Source: Mobula hypostoma
Lineage: Eukaryota
Assembly: GCF_963921235.1 (NCBI RefSeq)
Contig: NC_086108.1
Span: 51,772,001-51,836,000, forward strand
DNA length: 64,000 bases
Direction: 5' to 3'
Each line of letters opens with the position of its first letter. Position 1 is the first letter of the stretch. This document shows, in pieces, positions 1 to 13,009 of the stretch. The position numbers and the translations under genes were made by a program. The notes under the pieces were generated by a model. It had not been told where the DNA came from. It saw only the letters and a list, made by a program, of their open reading frames with translations, and made no database searches.

Positions 1-111
1 GCTGCCACTAGCCCGACTCAAGGAATGAATATGGCCAACAGTATTGCCAACCTTCGCCTCAAAGCCAAAGAGTACAGCTTACAAAGAAATCAAGTGCCCA
101 CCGTGAACTGA
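1..111 (+). CDS. PRRX1: 3' end of last coding exon of paired-related homeobox 1 (OAR domain); gene continues upstream of the window
   Basis: Frame 1 reads AATSPTQGMNMANSIANLRLKAKEYSLQRNQVPTVN*. SIANLRLKAKEY is the OAR motif, and SLQRNQVPTVN matches the PRRX1 C-terminus rather than PRRX2 (EFSLHHSQVPTVN). Confidence 0.93.
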   Translation, partial: AATSPTQGMNMANSIANLRLKAKEYSLQRNQVPTVN

Positions 112-700
112 GTACCCCTCATGGACTATAGCAACCATGGGTCCATATATTCTCTGCAAACAGACATCATCAGAAACAGGTCTTAATGAAGGGAAAAGAA
201 TGAAAAACTACATACAACAACATAATCCCAGTGCAACAGGCTAATTAAATACACCGACGCACACAAATACTTGACCTGTATAGAGCCAGAATTGCTGACA
301 CGTTTCATCCCTGTGGATTTTTAAGTAAAAGCAAGAGTAAGTATATATTCCAGTTTTGTCAAATAAATGTTTTCCAACCCAGAATTAATATACTGGGACA
401 CAATTTTTCAAACTTTGGCTAGACCAATTACAAGATTTTTTTTGGTGTACGTTTAAAGGGACTTTTATTGGGTCTCCAACTGAGTGTTGTATTAAAGTTA
501 TATTGTATTGTTTCTATACAGATTTTACATTTTGTATCCATGACAAGGTTATTGTTAGCAATGCATTTTTTTCTATAGAGAAGCTTGGTAAGGCTATTTT
601 TTGTTGACCAAACATTTTCTTTCAAGATAAGGCAAATCTGATTTCCTGTTCTCTCCATGTCTGTAACAATCTTGACCAATTCTGAAAGGGAAAATGGTTC

Positions 701-766
701 TTTTGTACACAATAAACAAGCACTCAAAGACGTGGGATTATATCTGACCAGAAATACATCAATAAA
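701..766 (+). promoter_or_regulatory. Candidate polyadenylation signals of the PRRX1 3' UTR
   Basis: TGTA (704-707) directly before AATAAA (711-716), with a second AATAAA at 761-766. Others occur at 362 and 2198. Which one is used cannot be determined. Confidence 0.4.
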
Positions 767-2549
767 TTATTATGAAAATATTGCTGTTGACAAATGGGTC
801 TTTTTCAAAATTACTTTGCTAAATATTTTGTTGCAATGATGTACTATGCACATAAGTCACAGATGCAATAGGCACTAGTGCCTATTAGGTAGATTCATGC
901 ATATTCTAGACAAAAGCTGTTAACTGTTTAGTAGCTGGTTTGCTAAGTTTCAGTTGTGAATATCAGAGAATTAGTGAACAAAAATGAGCGGGATCCTTCC
1001 ATCCCATAATTCAACCTTCCCAAGGCACTTTCCCCAATATCCTACACCATTTCAGACCTCACTTTTCCACTTTTAAATATGCCATTAGCCACTATAAATG
1101 TTCCTGACTTAGTCTACAATGAATGATTTGTTTAAAGATTTAAATGTTGTCCAGAAACTGTAAATTTATACAGTATCTCAAGGATATATATCCAGATATA
1201 AAATAGAACAGTATTTAGGATTTATTAACAAATAATTGACAATATTTGAATATTATGGTACTCTCCTAAGAAAGATAGAAAAACTAAAACACCCCTGGTT
1301 TCACTCCTGTCCAGAAAATTTAAAATAGGCCTTTATGTTCACCATCAGTAACTGCTCTATGTGAAGATTCCTTTTTCTAAAATTAATGCAAATTCATTCG
1401 TTTTGGATATTTATTCATTTTCCTTTTGAACACAACAGTTAACTCTAGCTTCACTATTGCCCTCCGGGCAGTGCATTCCTGACTCCAACCACTGACTGTG
1501 TAAAAATATTTTTCATTATGATATTTCCATTAATGTCTATGGCAAATTATTGTCATTCAGTATATGTTGAGATAAATTGATCCACTGGCCATTTATAGCA
1601 AAGAAACACAACACGGGGTTCATCCTCTCTGTTAATTTATGTTTTTTTCTAGATTTCACTTTGATTTCTATGGCATTCACTTTAATTATTTCCTACATTT
1701 TGACCAACGTCTAGACAACGAAGATTTTAGTTTGCTTTTGTTGTAAGGCTGAAAGGTAATGAGTAGCAAGTGGTCCCAGGGAAGAAAGGAAGAAGTTGGA
1801 CTAGTTAAGTCATGGTGAAAGAATGAACTGAGGATACTGGTCTGGGGATACATTTTCCTGATAAAAGTAGTGCATGTGTGGAGAAGCTTCTGAAGTCATT
1901 TCAGTTGCATAGGATAGATTTTCAGGAACACTGCTCTAATATACAAATAGCATATTAGTAGAAGTGCAGACACCATTCTATGTAACTCAAACAGCTCTTG
2001 GACTTTCTTGAAGTGTTTGATTTCTAAATGAATTTGATTCAGGTGCACTGGAATTTTAAAAAGTGTAAAGCCATCGTCTCTCCAATGTGATGGAATGAAA
2101 TTACCTTATCTCACCCAACCCACTGTTTGAGGCAAACTCTGTTTAACTGTTAAAGTAAGAACAGAAAATGAGCCATCTTAAGAATCAGTTTAGCTGCAAT
2201 AAAAAAGGAATATTTTCAATTCCTTGGCCTTTTGCAAAGGTCCCTCAATAACATTTTAAGAATTAGAAATTGTAGAAAATGAACACTGACCCTTAAGTTT
2301 TAATCTTACCTGGGTCAGGGTTCAATGCTGAAGATTATCTTCTTTGTGCATTGACTTATCACTTTTGTAACTTGTAGCTCCTGCCATTTACTCATATGCT
2401 CATCATAGTTCCATCCTGGTGAAAAGATGGCTTTAGAATGAATTTCTTCCAAAGCTCTGGTCCTTTCCCCATTCACAGAAAGTACCATTCAACCATCACC
2501 CTTGTGTCTTGGCTGAAAAAAATTTTTTTTTAAAATCTGTTTTAACTCT

Positions 2550-2830
2550 GTCTGTTCCCTTGCTCTTCACTATCTCTGTGACTTCTTCCATCCTCTGCAC
2601 CTGCATCTCCAGCTCTGGCATCTTGCACATACTGTAATTACTCCATCTGAAGCCATGCTTTTGGTTGCATGCCTTATGCTCTGGAATGGTCTTCCTAATT
2701 GTTTCCACCTCCCTTGTCTTTCTTCCTTAAAGACAGCCCTTTAAGGATTATGTATTTGACCAGGCTTTTGCATATCTATCTTAATAGTTCCTTATGGGGC
2801 TTACTTTGTTTGATAGCATCTCTTGCCACA
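2550..2830 (+). mobile_element. Old L2-type LINE 3' fragment
   Basis: Decayed L2 3' end motifs (ctctggaatggtcttcctaa...ttaaagac...tatttgaccaggcttttg). Confidence 0.5.
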
Positions 2831-3374
2831 TTTTCCATTTAAATTGTTATTGTCATAATCTCTGAAAACAAGATAATAAATTATCAGAGCCAGATAGCAA
2901 CAGCTGATTGTATGCATGCAATGTGTTAGGACTACATGAGCAACTGCAGCAGCATTCTCTCCAGGGTACAATTAAAGTCCAATCAATGAGAAGCCATGCA
3001 GATGTGGAACATCTGAAATATGTAGGGACAGAAATGAGCAGTTCTCTTTCCACCATGGTGGTGACACTTTTGAGACCCACTGCTGATAACCCGTTTGTTG
3101 AACTATATAGACACAGTTTTGCATTTTCAGCAAAAGGCTTCCACAACATCCCAGCAGTAGAAATAATAATATAAGTTTTGCAGAGTTCTGCAAGATGGGT
3201 CATATGTTGATTAGCTTTGCTCCCATCATCTACTTATAACATTTAATATCTTTGATTTGTTTTAAGCCTCTTTCTGTTTGTCCATCTCTCCTTCTGTCTT
3301 TATAGACTTTCTTCCTATTCTAATATATTATTTTCCTGTCCATTTGAACTCTCCTTTTTTATACTTTGGAGATT

Positions 3375-3565
3375 AAGTTCGTAGTAACACCTTTACCTGT
3401 TAATCAGAAGGCCAAATGTTCAAACTGCATCTTGATGACCTGAGCACATGGTCTCAGTTGATATTCCAGTGCTTTACTGAGTGTGTGCTGTGCTAACTAT
3501 TGATGGGACAATAAACAGAAGATTTGCCTGTTTTTTTCAAATGGATAACTGGATCCCACATTTCA
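3375..3565 (+). mobile_element. Degenerate SacSINE1/DeuSINE-like tRNA-derived SINE (5' part)
   Basis: tRNA-like head (gtagtaacac...tcagaagg...gttcaaac) followed by tgagcacat...ccagtgc..tactgag, resembling shark SacSINE1. Confidence 0.5.
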
Positions 3566-3569
3566 GTGG

Positions 3570-4035
3570 AATAGAAACAGAAAATAATGTAAAGTGTTAC
3601 AAATCAGGCAGCATCTGTACAGAAACACAGTTAACATTTCAGATTAATGACCATCAAATCTGAAAATATGAAAAAAAACAAGTGTGTTTTATGTTGAAGA
3701 GAGAGTGAGAATTTTGAAGTGTGCCTTTGATTGGGCAGATGTCAATGCTGTCCAGGTGACAACTGCTTTTGCTACTGTGTAGTTAAGTAGGTGAATGAGA
3801 AAGAAAATGTGCTGGAACTTGAGAAGCAGAATGCAACAGCTGCTGGAAATCTGAAACACAAGTAAATATCAGAAATACCCATGGACTGTCACCATAAGTG
3901 GAGAGAGAAACCTGAGCTGATATTACAAGTGGATAACCCAGCGTCAGACATAGCCAATTCTGACATGCAGTAAACTAGAAAGGCTGGTTATCTGCATTTG
4001 TTGAATTCAGTACTGAATGCTGAGAGCTAGAAGAA
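3570..4035 (-). mobile_element. Highly decayed Penelope-like element 3' end with two tandem terminal-repeat remnants
   Basis: Two copies of the gctggaaat.../caggcagcatctgt...gaaac..ag type terminal unit, plus ttgttgaattcagtactga resembling the GIY-YIG C-terminal (LNIEFNN-like) coding sequence. Confidence 0.4.
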
Positions 4036-5094
4036 TTATTTGAGTCCCAAGACAGTGGGAAGGGATAAGGGAAGATCCATTCAGATGATGCAGTTATTGA
4101 CTTGCATTTTTTCCTAATGTATTGCATTTAGTATTCATGATGTGGTTTCCCTCTAAAATACTTTTCAAAACACCTTCAATTCAGCCTTTGAGGCCAACCT
4201 TGACTTGTGTAGCTTTTTAATGTCTTAATTTTCCCTGTTTTCTTGATCAAGATGCATCTGCATCAACATCAACAAAATAGGTTATGTGGTTACCATCTTG
4301 TTGCAGATTATGACATCTTGTTATATGCAGTATGATTGTTGTGTTTAAAGCATTATTACAGGTATTATCCTCCCTCTCTCCTCTCTTTCCTGCTCCCTGA
4401 CACTAATTCTATCTTGGCCTCTATTAATCTCTGCCTCACTTTCCCTTTCTTCTATCCAACTCACTTATTGTCCTTTGCTCCCTTGTCTCACTCTCTCTAC
4501 TTAAGTACATACATATAATCTCTCTGTATCTAACCATTTCCTTGTATTTTAAATATTTTCTGCTATTTTATTCTCTCCATCTTTTCCTTGCCTTGAAAGC
4601 TTCCATACCACAATTCCTCGGCTGTCTCTCTGCCTTTAAGCCCCATCCTTCTGAGCCTTTCAAGGAAGTGCACATTACTGCTTAAAGTGGGAAGGAGTTT
4701 TGTGAGCTGTTAGCCTTGGGAACGGCACAGCTACAGAATTATACTACTTCTATGTTATCTCACATTGGATAGAAACAAAAACTTTATTTGGTATTAACTG
4801 TGGATGATTCTTTTCACCAAATGGAAACAAGAGTCTTCAGAACAGAATGAGTAACATTCATACATGTTACATGAACAATGTGGAGAACAGATTACCGTAA
4901 CAGCACTGGAGAGGTCAGTCCAACAGTGAGGGCAAGGAGGGATTTAGTGGCAACATGGTGTGTTGAATGTGGCTGCAGATGATGGTATGACCTAGAATTT
5001 GGGAAAAGTTACTCTGGAGTTTATGCATCCCATATGTAAGTTGCAACCAAAAAATTCCCAGAAAATCCTCTTGTCCATGCAAGATGTCATCTTG

Positions 5095-5430
5095 GTTAAG
5101 AGGTAATACTTCTACTTCTGAGTCAGAAGACTGCAGTTTGAAGTACAGTCCAGGGTGGCACTTCAGAGCAGTACCGTATGAGTGTTAGGCCTCTCATGGA
5201 AAGCTCATTTAAGATTAAATCCAAGGCATACTGCAAGTTTAAAAAAATGGAGAGTTTTCCAGAAGTCGTGGCTTATACTTAACCTTTGAATAGTATTACC
5301 GTGGTAGACATCTAGTTTTATCACAGATTTTTTTGTGAGATCTTGCTGTGTGCAAATTAGCAACATATTTCCTTATATTACCATGATAACAATTCTAAAC
5401 AAATACATACTGGATGAAACATCTTGAGGC
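5095..5430 (+). mobile_element. Degenerate SacSINE1/DeuSINE-like SINE
   Basis: Head ggtaatacttctacttctgagtcagaag; Deu-domain-like core gagatcttgctgtgtgcaaattagcaac..tttcctt..atta. Confidence 0.6.
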
Positions 5431-5490
5431 TATTAATTGATTTATTAGTGGGATGCGGATATATCTGCAAAGGCTGAATTTATATTCCAA

Positions 5491-5565
5491 CCCTAAATGC
5501 CCATTGAAATTAGTTTAGAATTTATAGTCCAGCCCTAACTGCCCATTGAAATTAGTTTAGAATTT
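5491..5565. repeat. Tandem duplication of a ~33-bp unit
   Basis: ccctaa(a/c)tgcccattgaaattagtttagaattt at 5491-5523 and 5533-5565. Confidence 0.85.
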
Positions 5566-7079
5566 TTTAGTTGATGAATTCAATTAAGAATCAATCACAT
5601 GCAGAGGTGTGTGGTTGTGGTCTGGATCACAAATAGGACTAAACAGGTAATGACAACAGATCTCTTTCTATGAAGGACAATAACAAACACATTGAGCTTT
5701 ACAACAATCCACAACTGCTAATATTCTTTTTTTAAATTCCTAAATGATTTAATAACGAAAACATTTATCAGATGCCAGGTTGGGATAGGAACTCAGTTCT
5801 GGATGAATCATCAAAGATTCTGGATACAAGCACAGTAACTTAACCACCAGATTCTCAAACCCAATTCTTTTTGCAAGTAGAGCTTGCATTTCTGGATTTT
5901 GAAAATTAGATTTTTAAAATTTGTATTATATCCAACAAAATCTGTTAATTTTAATTATTACAAGGCGACATCAATGAGATGCATAAATTGTCAGTCTGAC
6001 GTTTAAGTTTAATTAAGTTGGAATAACATGTCGATATTAAAATTCACATTTTATTAAAGTGTATTTGATTCTTTACCTGTGCCTTGATAATTTTCTTCCA
6101 TAAATGTTTCTCCTAAAGTAACAAGTAATTAATATATATATATATATAAGGGATAATAAATCATTTAAATATATATACATCCAACTGTAAATATGAAGAC
6201 CAGAGATGAAGCGAGGGTGTCCACATTTAACATTAAGAAAATCCAGAAAAAAATACTTTGGTAAGTCATGGCAGACATTATTAAAGAGACATTGATGACT
6301 TCTTTACACTCATTGATGGCACTGAGGGGCAATACTTCATGTTTACACAAGCTGTGGCCACTGCTGCAGTATGTGGCTTTAAGGTGGATAGATCGACCAA
6401 GCATGGAGATGTTTATGGAGGGCCATCCAAATGCTTCTGAAGGCTATTCACATTATTTGTACCGTTCATAAGTAGATGACATTTTTAGTCATGTTTAAAG
6501 ATACAAGTGCCACAGTGCTCTCAGCATTTTCCTGCTGTCCTACTACTGCCTCTTGCTGCTTCATTCACTATTGCATCACTGAGTGTCTCATTGTCCTCCA
6601 TACGGTCAGCTCCCATGTCTGCTGTGGTCCCCTATCTTGTCTGAACGAAGCCCTTCAGCACTGTACCCATTGTACAGTCATGGAGTAAAATGTCATAGAT
6701 AAGCCTGGCATACCTGGGTCTGTACATGGAACCCAGAAGGTTAAACCAGGATCCAAAAGTGTCTCAGGTTCTCTCTCTGATCCCTGTAAGCCTATTCCCA
6801 GGCTTAGACATTCCTGGACACAGCCCAATTTTGTTCTTTGTCTCCAGGACACTAAAGTTCCATGCTGGGAAGACTCCAAGATGTTACGTCAGGAGGGCCC
6901 TGAGCTCAAATTAGGAGGGGGTGGGGTTGGACCTGATGAGTGCATCAGAAGTCTCCAGGAATAGAGAAACTGGGCCAGATGTGGCCTGAGGGCCAGAGGT
7001 TCATATATCCTGGGGTTAAAGTAAGCATGCATTCCTTTAACTAATTCCACAGAAGCTTTTGATCTTCTTCCCACATGTT

Positions 7080-7360
7080 GTTGCCATCAGTCTAATTCCC
7101 CTGGCTTTATTCCTCCATAGCCTTGCAACTGATACGACTATCAACTAGCCTTTTTTTGCACTGACATCAATTTATAGTAACCAATTATCTTACTAGCACA
7201 CCTTTGGAATGAGGGAGCAAACCAGAGGACTCAGAGGTAAACTATGCAATCATCAGCAGAGCATGTAACCAGTACACAGGAATGCCCTAAGTTCTGAATA
7301 GGACCTGGTCCTTGAAGCTATGAGACAACAGCTCCAACTGTGATGGCACTGTGCTACCCA
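7080..7360 (-). mobile_element. Degenerate V-SINE (HE1-like)
   Basis: ctttggaatgagggagcaaaccagag core; the head reads gggtagcacagtg... on the minus strand. Confidence 0.5.
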
Positions 7361-7634
7361 CGGGGACATCTGTTCAACACCAAAGGCTGAGACTGGATTT
7401 TTACATTTTACATGGCTTATATGGCAATGGATGCTCTAAAATCTGACAAGTTGCTTTTTCCAATAACCACACCTCTGCAAGTCTTCCTTTAATTATATCT
7501 CTGGCAAAATCTTCACTGTCTTTTATGACTATGCATTTCTTTGATATCTTGCCCATGATTTTGTTTTCTTATTTGGTTTCCTCCATCTCGCCAGAGAGCA
7601 ATCATTCCCAGGATAAATGGCATTAGTCATCAGT

Positions 7635-7888
7635 TTATTTTTACTTGGAGATACAGCACAAACAGGCCCTTCTGGCCCAACGAGCTTCTGCTGCACAGTT
7701 TTCTACCCATGTGACCAATTGACCTAACCAATACATCCTTGGAATGTGGGAGGAAAACAGAGCACCTGGATAAAACCTACATGGTCACCGGGAGAATGTA
7801 CAAGCTTCTTACAGATAACGGCGGAACTGAATTGGGGTCGCTGGTGCTGCGATGGCATTACACTAACCACACTGCCACCGTGCAGCCC
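7635..7888 (-). mobile_element. HE1-like V-SINE (tRNA head, CR1-derived tail)
   Basis: Minus strand begins gggctgcacggtggcagtgtggttag (A box); V-domain ttggaatgtgggaggaaaacagagcac; CR1-like tail atacagcacaaacaggcccttctggccc. Confidence 0.8.
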
Positions 7889-9448
7889 ATGTGTGGTTTT
7901 ATGCAATGTGCATTTTAAAAGCCATATGTAAAAGTCTGAAAACAAACTAAATTCTGTATGGCTCCCATTTTTTGCCAGATTTAATCGCTGGGGGAGAAAT
8001 CCCCACTTTTCTAATTAGGCCTTAGGGTTTTTTGTTTTTGTTAGTTAAAACCTTTTTTAAAAAGTATCATTTTATTTAAAAGAACATTTATTATAACTAT
8101 TTTGATATGGTATCCTGTTATTCCACTGCCTTATGCATTTCTTGCCTTCTTTCCAAAGGCTTTTATGTTTAATTATTGAAATAGTTTATAACAGCAATGT
8201 TACCTTTTCAATCACATGGTATGAAGGAGACAGCAAAAGGAAACAGCTCTAATACAGTATGATATCAAAAGTTATAAGGTGTTAGTGACTGGCTAACTTT
8301 GTTCTTAATTAAAACAGCACTACTCACTAAACAAGCTCCAAACCCAATAGCTGCATGACCTTGCCTCACTGTTCTCTTTATTTGCTAAATTGTTGCTTCA
8401 TCGTTTCAAGGAATTTCCTAGTACTTTTCTTCTCTACACTGCCACCAACTAAAGCTCCCTCCCGTTCCTCCCCAAGCAACCAAATGCTGATTCTTGCCGA
8501 TCTAACAATCAAAAGGAATTTGAACCATAGAACCATAGAACATTACAGCACAGAAACAGGCCTTTTGGCCCCTCTTGGCTGTGCCGAACCATTTTTCTGC
8601 CTAGTCCCACTGACATGCTCCTGGACCATATCCTTCCATACACCCCTCATCTATGTACCTTTCCAAGTTTTTCTTAAATGTTAAAAGTGAACCTGCATTT
8701 ACCACTTCATCTGGCAGCTCATTCCACACTCCCACCACTCTCTGTGGGAAGAAGCACCCCCCTCAATGTTCCCTTTAAACTTTTCCCCCTTCACCTTTAA
8801 CCCATGTCCTCTGGTTTTTTTCTCCCCTAGCCTCAGTGGAAAAAGCCTGCTTGCATTCACTCTATCTATACCCATCATAATTTTATATACCTCTATCAAA
8901 TCTCCCCTCATTCTTCTACGCCACAGGGAATAAAGTCCTAACCTATTCAACCTTTCTCTGTAACTCACTTTCTCAAGATCCGGCAACATCCTTGTAAACC
9001 TTCTTTGCACCCTTTCAATCTTATTAATATCCTTCCTGCAATTTGGTGACCAAATCGGCACACAATACTCCAAATTCAGCCTCACCAATGCCTTATACAA
9101 CCTCACCATAACATTCCAAGTACTTTGATTAATAAAGGCCAATGTACCAAAAGCTCTCTTTACGACCCTATCTACCTGTGACACCACTTTTAGGGAATTT
9201 TGTGTCTGTATTCCCAGATCCCTCTGTTCTACTGCACTCCTCAGTGCCTTACCATTTACCCTGTATGTTCCACCTTGGTTTGTCCTTCCAAAGTGCAATA
9301 CCTCACACTTGTCTGTATTAAACTCCATCTGCCATTTTTCAGCCCATTTTTCCAACTGGTCCAAATCCTTCTGCAAGCTTTGAAAACCTTCCTCACTGTC
9401 CACTACACCTCCAGTCTTTGTATCATCAGCAAATTTGCTGATCCAACT

Positions 9449-9684
9449 TGTTGTAATGTGAGCGTAATTAAAAGTAAGTTAATACTAATTAGGATATCGC
9501 GGGGGGGGGGGGTAGTCTACTTCAGTTTTTGTTCTTCCGGTGGCCCTCGGTACCTAGAGTCCCCGCCATGCTGTACGGGCTGTGAAACCCCCTGTATATA
9601 CGTAACGTTTTGAAGTTCGAGATAAAGTTGTTTCTTTGGCATGAAGTTGTCGGGTGTGCCTTTTTCAAAGTAGAAGATACCACA
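9449..9684 (+). mobile_element. Solo LTR-like insert (236 bp) within the CR1 RT
   Basis: Termini TGTTGTA...TACCACA (6/7 inverted match), internal TATATA and GATAAA, CpG-rich. It interrupts CR1 just beside the ISKFADD codons. Confidence 0.65.
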
Positions 9685-11175
9685 TTATCATCCAGATCAT
9701 TGATATAGATGACAAATAAAATGGACCCAGCACTGATCCCTGTGGCACACCATTAGTCACAGGCCTCCACTCAGAGAAGCAATCCTCCACTACCAATCTC
9801 TGGCTTCTTCCATTGAGCCAATGTCTAATCCAATTTACTACCTCTCCATGTATACCTAGCGACTGAATCTTCCTAACTAACCTCCCATGCTGGACCTTGT
9901 CAAAGGCCTTACCGAAGTCCATGTAGACAACATCCACTGCCTTCCCTTCATCCACTTTCTTGGTATCCACTTTCTGGTAGCCTCCTCGAAAAACTCTAAT
10001 AGATTTGTTAAACATGACCTACCACGCACAAAGCCATGTTGACTCTCCCTAATAAGTCCCTGTCTATCCAAATACTTGTAGATCCTATCTCTTAGTACTC
10101 CTTCCAATAATTTACTTACTACTGACATCAAACTTACTGGCCTATAATTTCGCGGAATACTTTTAGGGCCTTTTTTAAACAACGGAACAACATGAGCTAC
10201 CCTCCAATCCTCCGGCACCTCACCTGTAGATACCGACATTTTAAATATATCTGCCAGGGCCCCTGCAATTTCAACACTAGTCTCCTTCAAGGTCCAAGGG
10301 AATACCCTGTCAGCTCCTGGGGATTTATCTACTCTGATTTGCCTCAAGATATCAAGCACCTCCTCCTCTTCAATCTGTATAAGTTCCATGACCTCACTAA
10401 TTGTTTACCTTATTTCCATTGACTCCATGCCAGTTTCCTTAGTAAATACAGACACAAAAAAACCATTTAAGATCTCCACCATTTTTTTTGGTTCCATACA
10501 TAGCCGACCACTCTGATCTTCAAGAGGACCAATTTTATCCCTTACTGTCCTTTTGCTCTTAATATACCTGTAGAAGCTCTTTGGATTATCCTTTACCTTG
10601 ACCGCTAAAGCAACCTCATGTCTTCTTTTAGCCCTCCTGATTTCTTTCTTAAGTTTTTTTTGCACTTTTTATACTCCTCAAACACCTTATTTGCTCCCTG
10701 TTTCCTATACATGTCATACATCTCTCTTTTCTTCTTTATCAGAGTTCCAATATCTCTTGAGAACCAAGGTTCCTTATTCCTATTCACTTTGCCTTTCATC
10801 CTGACAGGAACATACAAGCTCTGCACTCTCAAAATTTCTCTTTTGAAGGCCTCCCATTTACCAATCAACTCCTTGCCAGAGAACAACTTGTCCCAATCCA
10901 CGCCTTTTAGATCCTTCCTTATTTCTTCAAATTTGGCCTTTTTCCAGTTTAGAACCTCAACCTGAGGACCAGATCTATCTTTATCCATGATCAAGTTGAA
11001 ACTAATGGTGTTATGATCACTGGAACAAAAGTGTTCCCCTACACACACTTCCGTCACCTGTCCTAACTTGTTTCCTAATAGGAGATCTAATATTGCATCC
11101 TCTCCAGTTGGTGCTTCTATATATTGATTTAGAAAACTTACCTGAATACATTTTACAAACTTTAACCCATCTAGA

Positions 11176-13009
11176 TATGTAAAAAGGAAAAGACTGGTAA
11201 AGACAAATGTAGGTCCCCTACAGACAGAAACAGGTGAATTGATTATGGGGAGCAAGGACATGGCAGACCAATTGAATAATTACTTTGGTTCTGTCATCAC
11301 TAAGGAGGACATAAATAATCTTCCAGAAATAGTAGGGGACAGAGGGTCCAGTGAGATGGAGGAACTGAGCGAAATACATGTTAGTAGGGAAGTGGTGTTA
11401 GGTAAATTGAAGGGATTGAAGGCAGATAAATCCCCAGGGCCAGATGGTCTGCATCCTAGAGTGCTTAAGGAAGTAGCCCAAGAAATAGTGGATGCACTAG
11501 TGATAATTTTTCAAAACTCGTTAGATTCTGGACTAGTTCCTGAGGATTGGAGGGTGGCTAATGTAACCCCACTTTTTAAAAAAGGAGGGAGAGAGAAACC
11601 GGGGAATTATAGACCGGTTAGCCTCACGTCGGTGGTGGGGAAACTGCTGGAGTCAGTTATCAAAGATGTGATAACAGCACATTTGGAAAGTGGTGAAATC
11701 ATCGGACAAAGTCAGCATGGATTTGTGAAAGGAAAATCATGTCTGACGAATCTCATAGAATTTTTTGAGGATGTAACGTAGAGTGGATAGGGGAGAGCCA
11801 GTGGATGTGGTATATTTGGATTTTCAAAAGGCTTTTGACAAGGTCCCACACAGGAGATTAGTGTGCAAACTTAAAGCACACGGTATTGGGGGTAAGGTAT
11901 TGAGGTGGATAAAGAATTGGTTAGCAGACAGGAAGCAAAGAGTGGAAATAAATGGGACCTTTTCAGAATGGCAGGCGGCGACTAGTGGGGTACCGCAAGG
12001 CTCAGTGCTGGGACCCCAGTTGTTTACAATATATATTAATGACTTGGATGAGGGAATTAAATGCAGCATCTCCAAGTTTGCGGATGACACGAAGCTGGGT
12101 GGCAGTGTTAGCTGTGAGGAGGATGCTAAGAGGATGCAGGGTGACTTGGATAGGTTGGGTGAGTGGGCAAATTCATGGCAGATGCAATTTAATGTGGATA
12201 AATGTGAAGTTATCCACTTTGGTGGCAAAAATAGGAAAACAGATTATTATCTGAATGGTGGCCGATTAGGAAAAGGGGAGGTGCAACGAGACCTGGGTGT
12301 CATTATACACCAGTCATTGAAAGTGGGCATGCAGGTACAGCAGGCGGTGAAAAAGGCGAATGGTATGCTGGCATTTATAGCGAGAGGATTCGAGTACAGG
12401 AGCAGGGAGGTACTACTGCAGTTGTACAAGGCCTTGGTGAGACCACACCTGGAGTATTGTGTGCAGTTTTGGCCCCCTAATCTGAGGAAAGACATCCTTG
12501 CCATAGGGGGAGTACAAAGAAGGTTCACCAGATTGGTTCCTGGGATGGCAGGACTTTCATATGAAGAAAGACTGGATGAACTGGGCTTGTACTCGTTGGA
12601 ATTTAGAAGATTGAGGGGGGATCTGATTGAAACGTATAAAATCCTAAAGGGATTGGACAGGCTAGATACAGGAAGATTGTTCCCGATGTTGGAGAAGTCC
12701 AGAACAAGGGGTCACAGTTTGAGGATAAAGCGGAAGCCTTTTAGGACCGAGATTAGGAAAAACTTCTTCACACAGAGAGTGGTGAATCTGTGGAATTCTC
12801 TGCCACAGGAAACAGTTGAGGCCAGTTCATTGGCTATATTTAAGAGGGAGTTAGATATGGCCCTTGTGGCTACGGGGATCAGGGGGTATGGAGGGAAGGC
12901 TGGGGCAGGGTTCTGAGTTGGATGATCAGCCATGATCATAATAAATGGCGGTGCAGGCTCGAAGGGCCGAATGGCCTACTCCTGCACCTATTTTCTATGT
13001 TTCTATGTT
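11176..13009 (+). mobile_element. CR1 LINE (family B), young, 5'-truncated, nested in family A
   Basis: ORFs 11239-11781 and 11783-12916 (RT, FADD) are split by a 2-bp deletion; (ttctatgt)n tail; TCTAGA TSD at 11170-11175 and 13010-13015. Confidence 0.95.

Noticed and set aside
2853..3203. Three overlapping ORFs (73-116 aa) in unique DNA
   Set aside because: No recognisable domain or convincing splice context; probably chance ORFs, though conservation was not testable.
10605..11261. 218-aa ORF spanning two elements
   Set aside because: Chance fusion of antisense family B sequence with family A endonuclease at the nesting junction.
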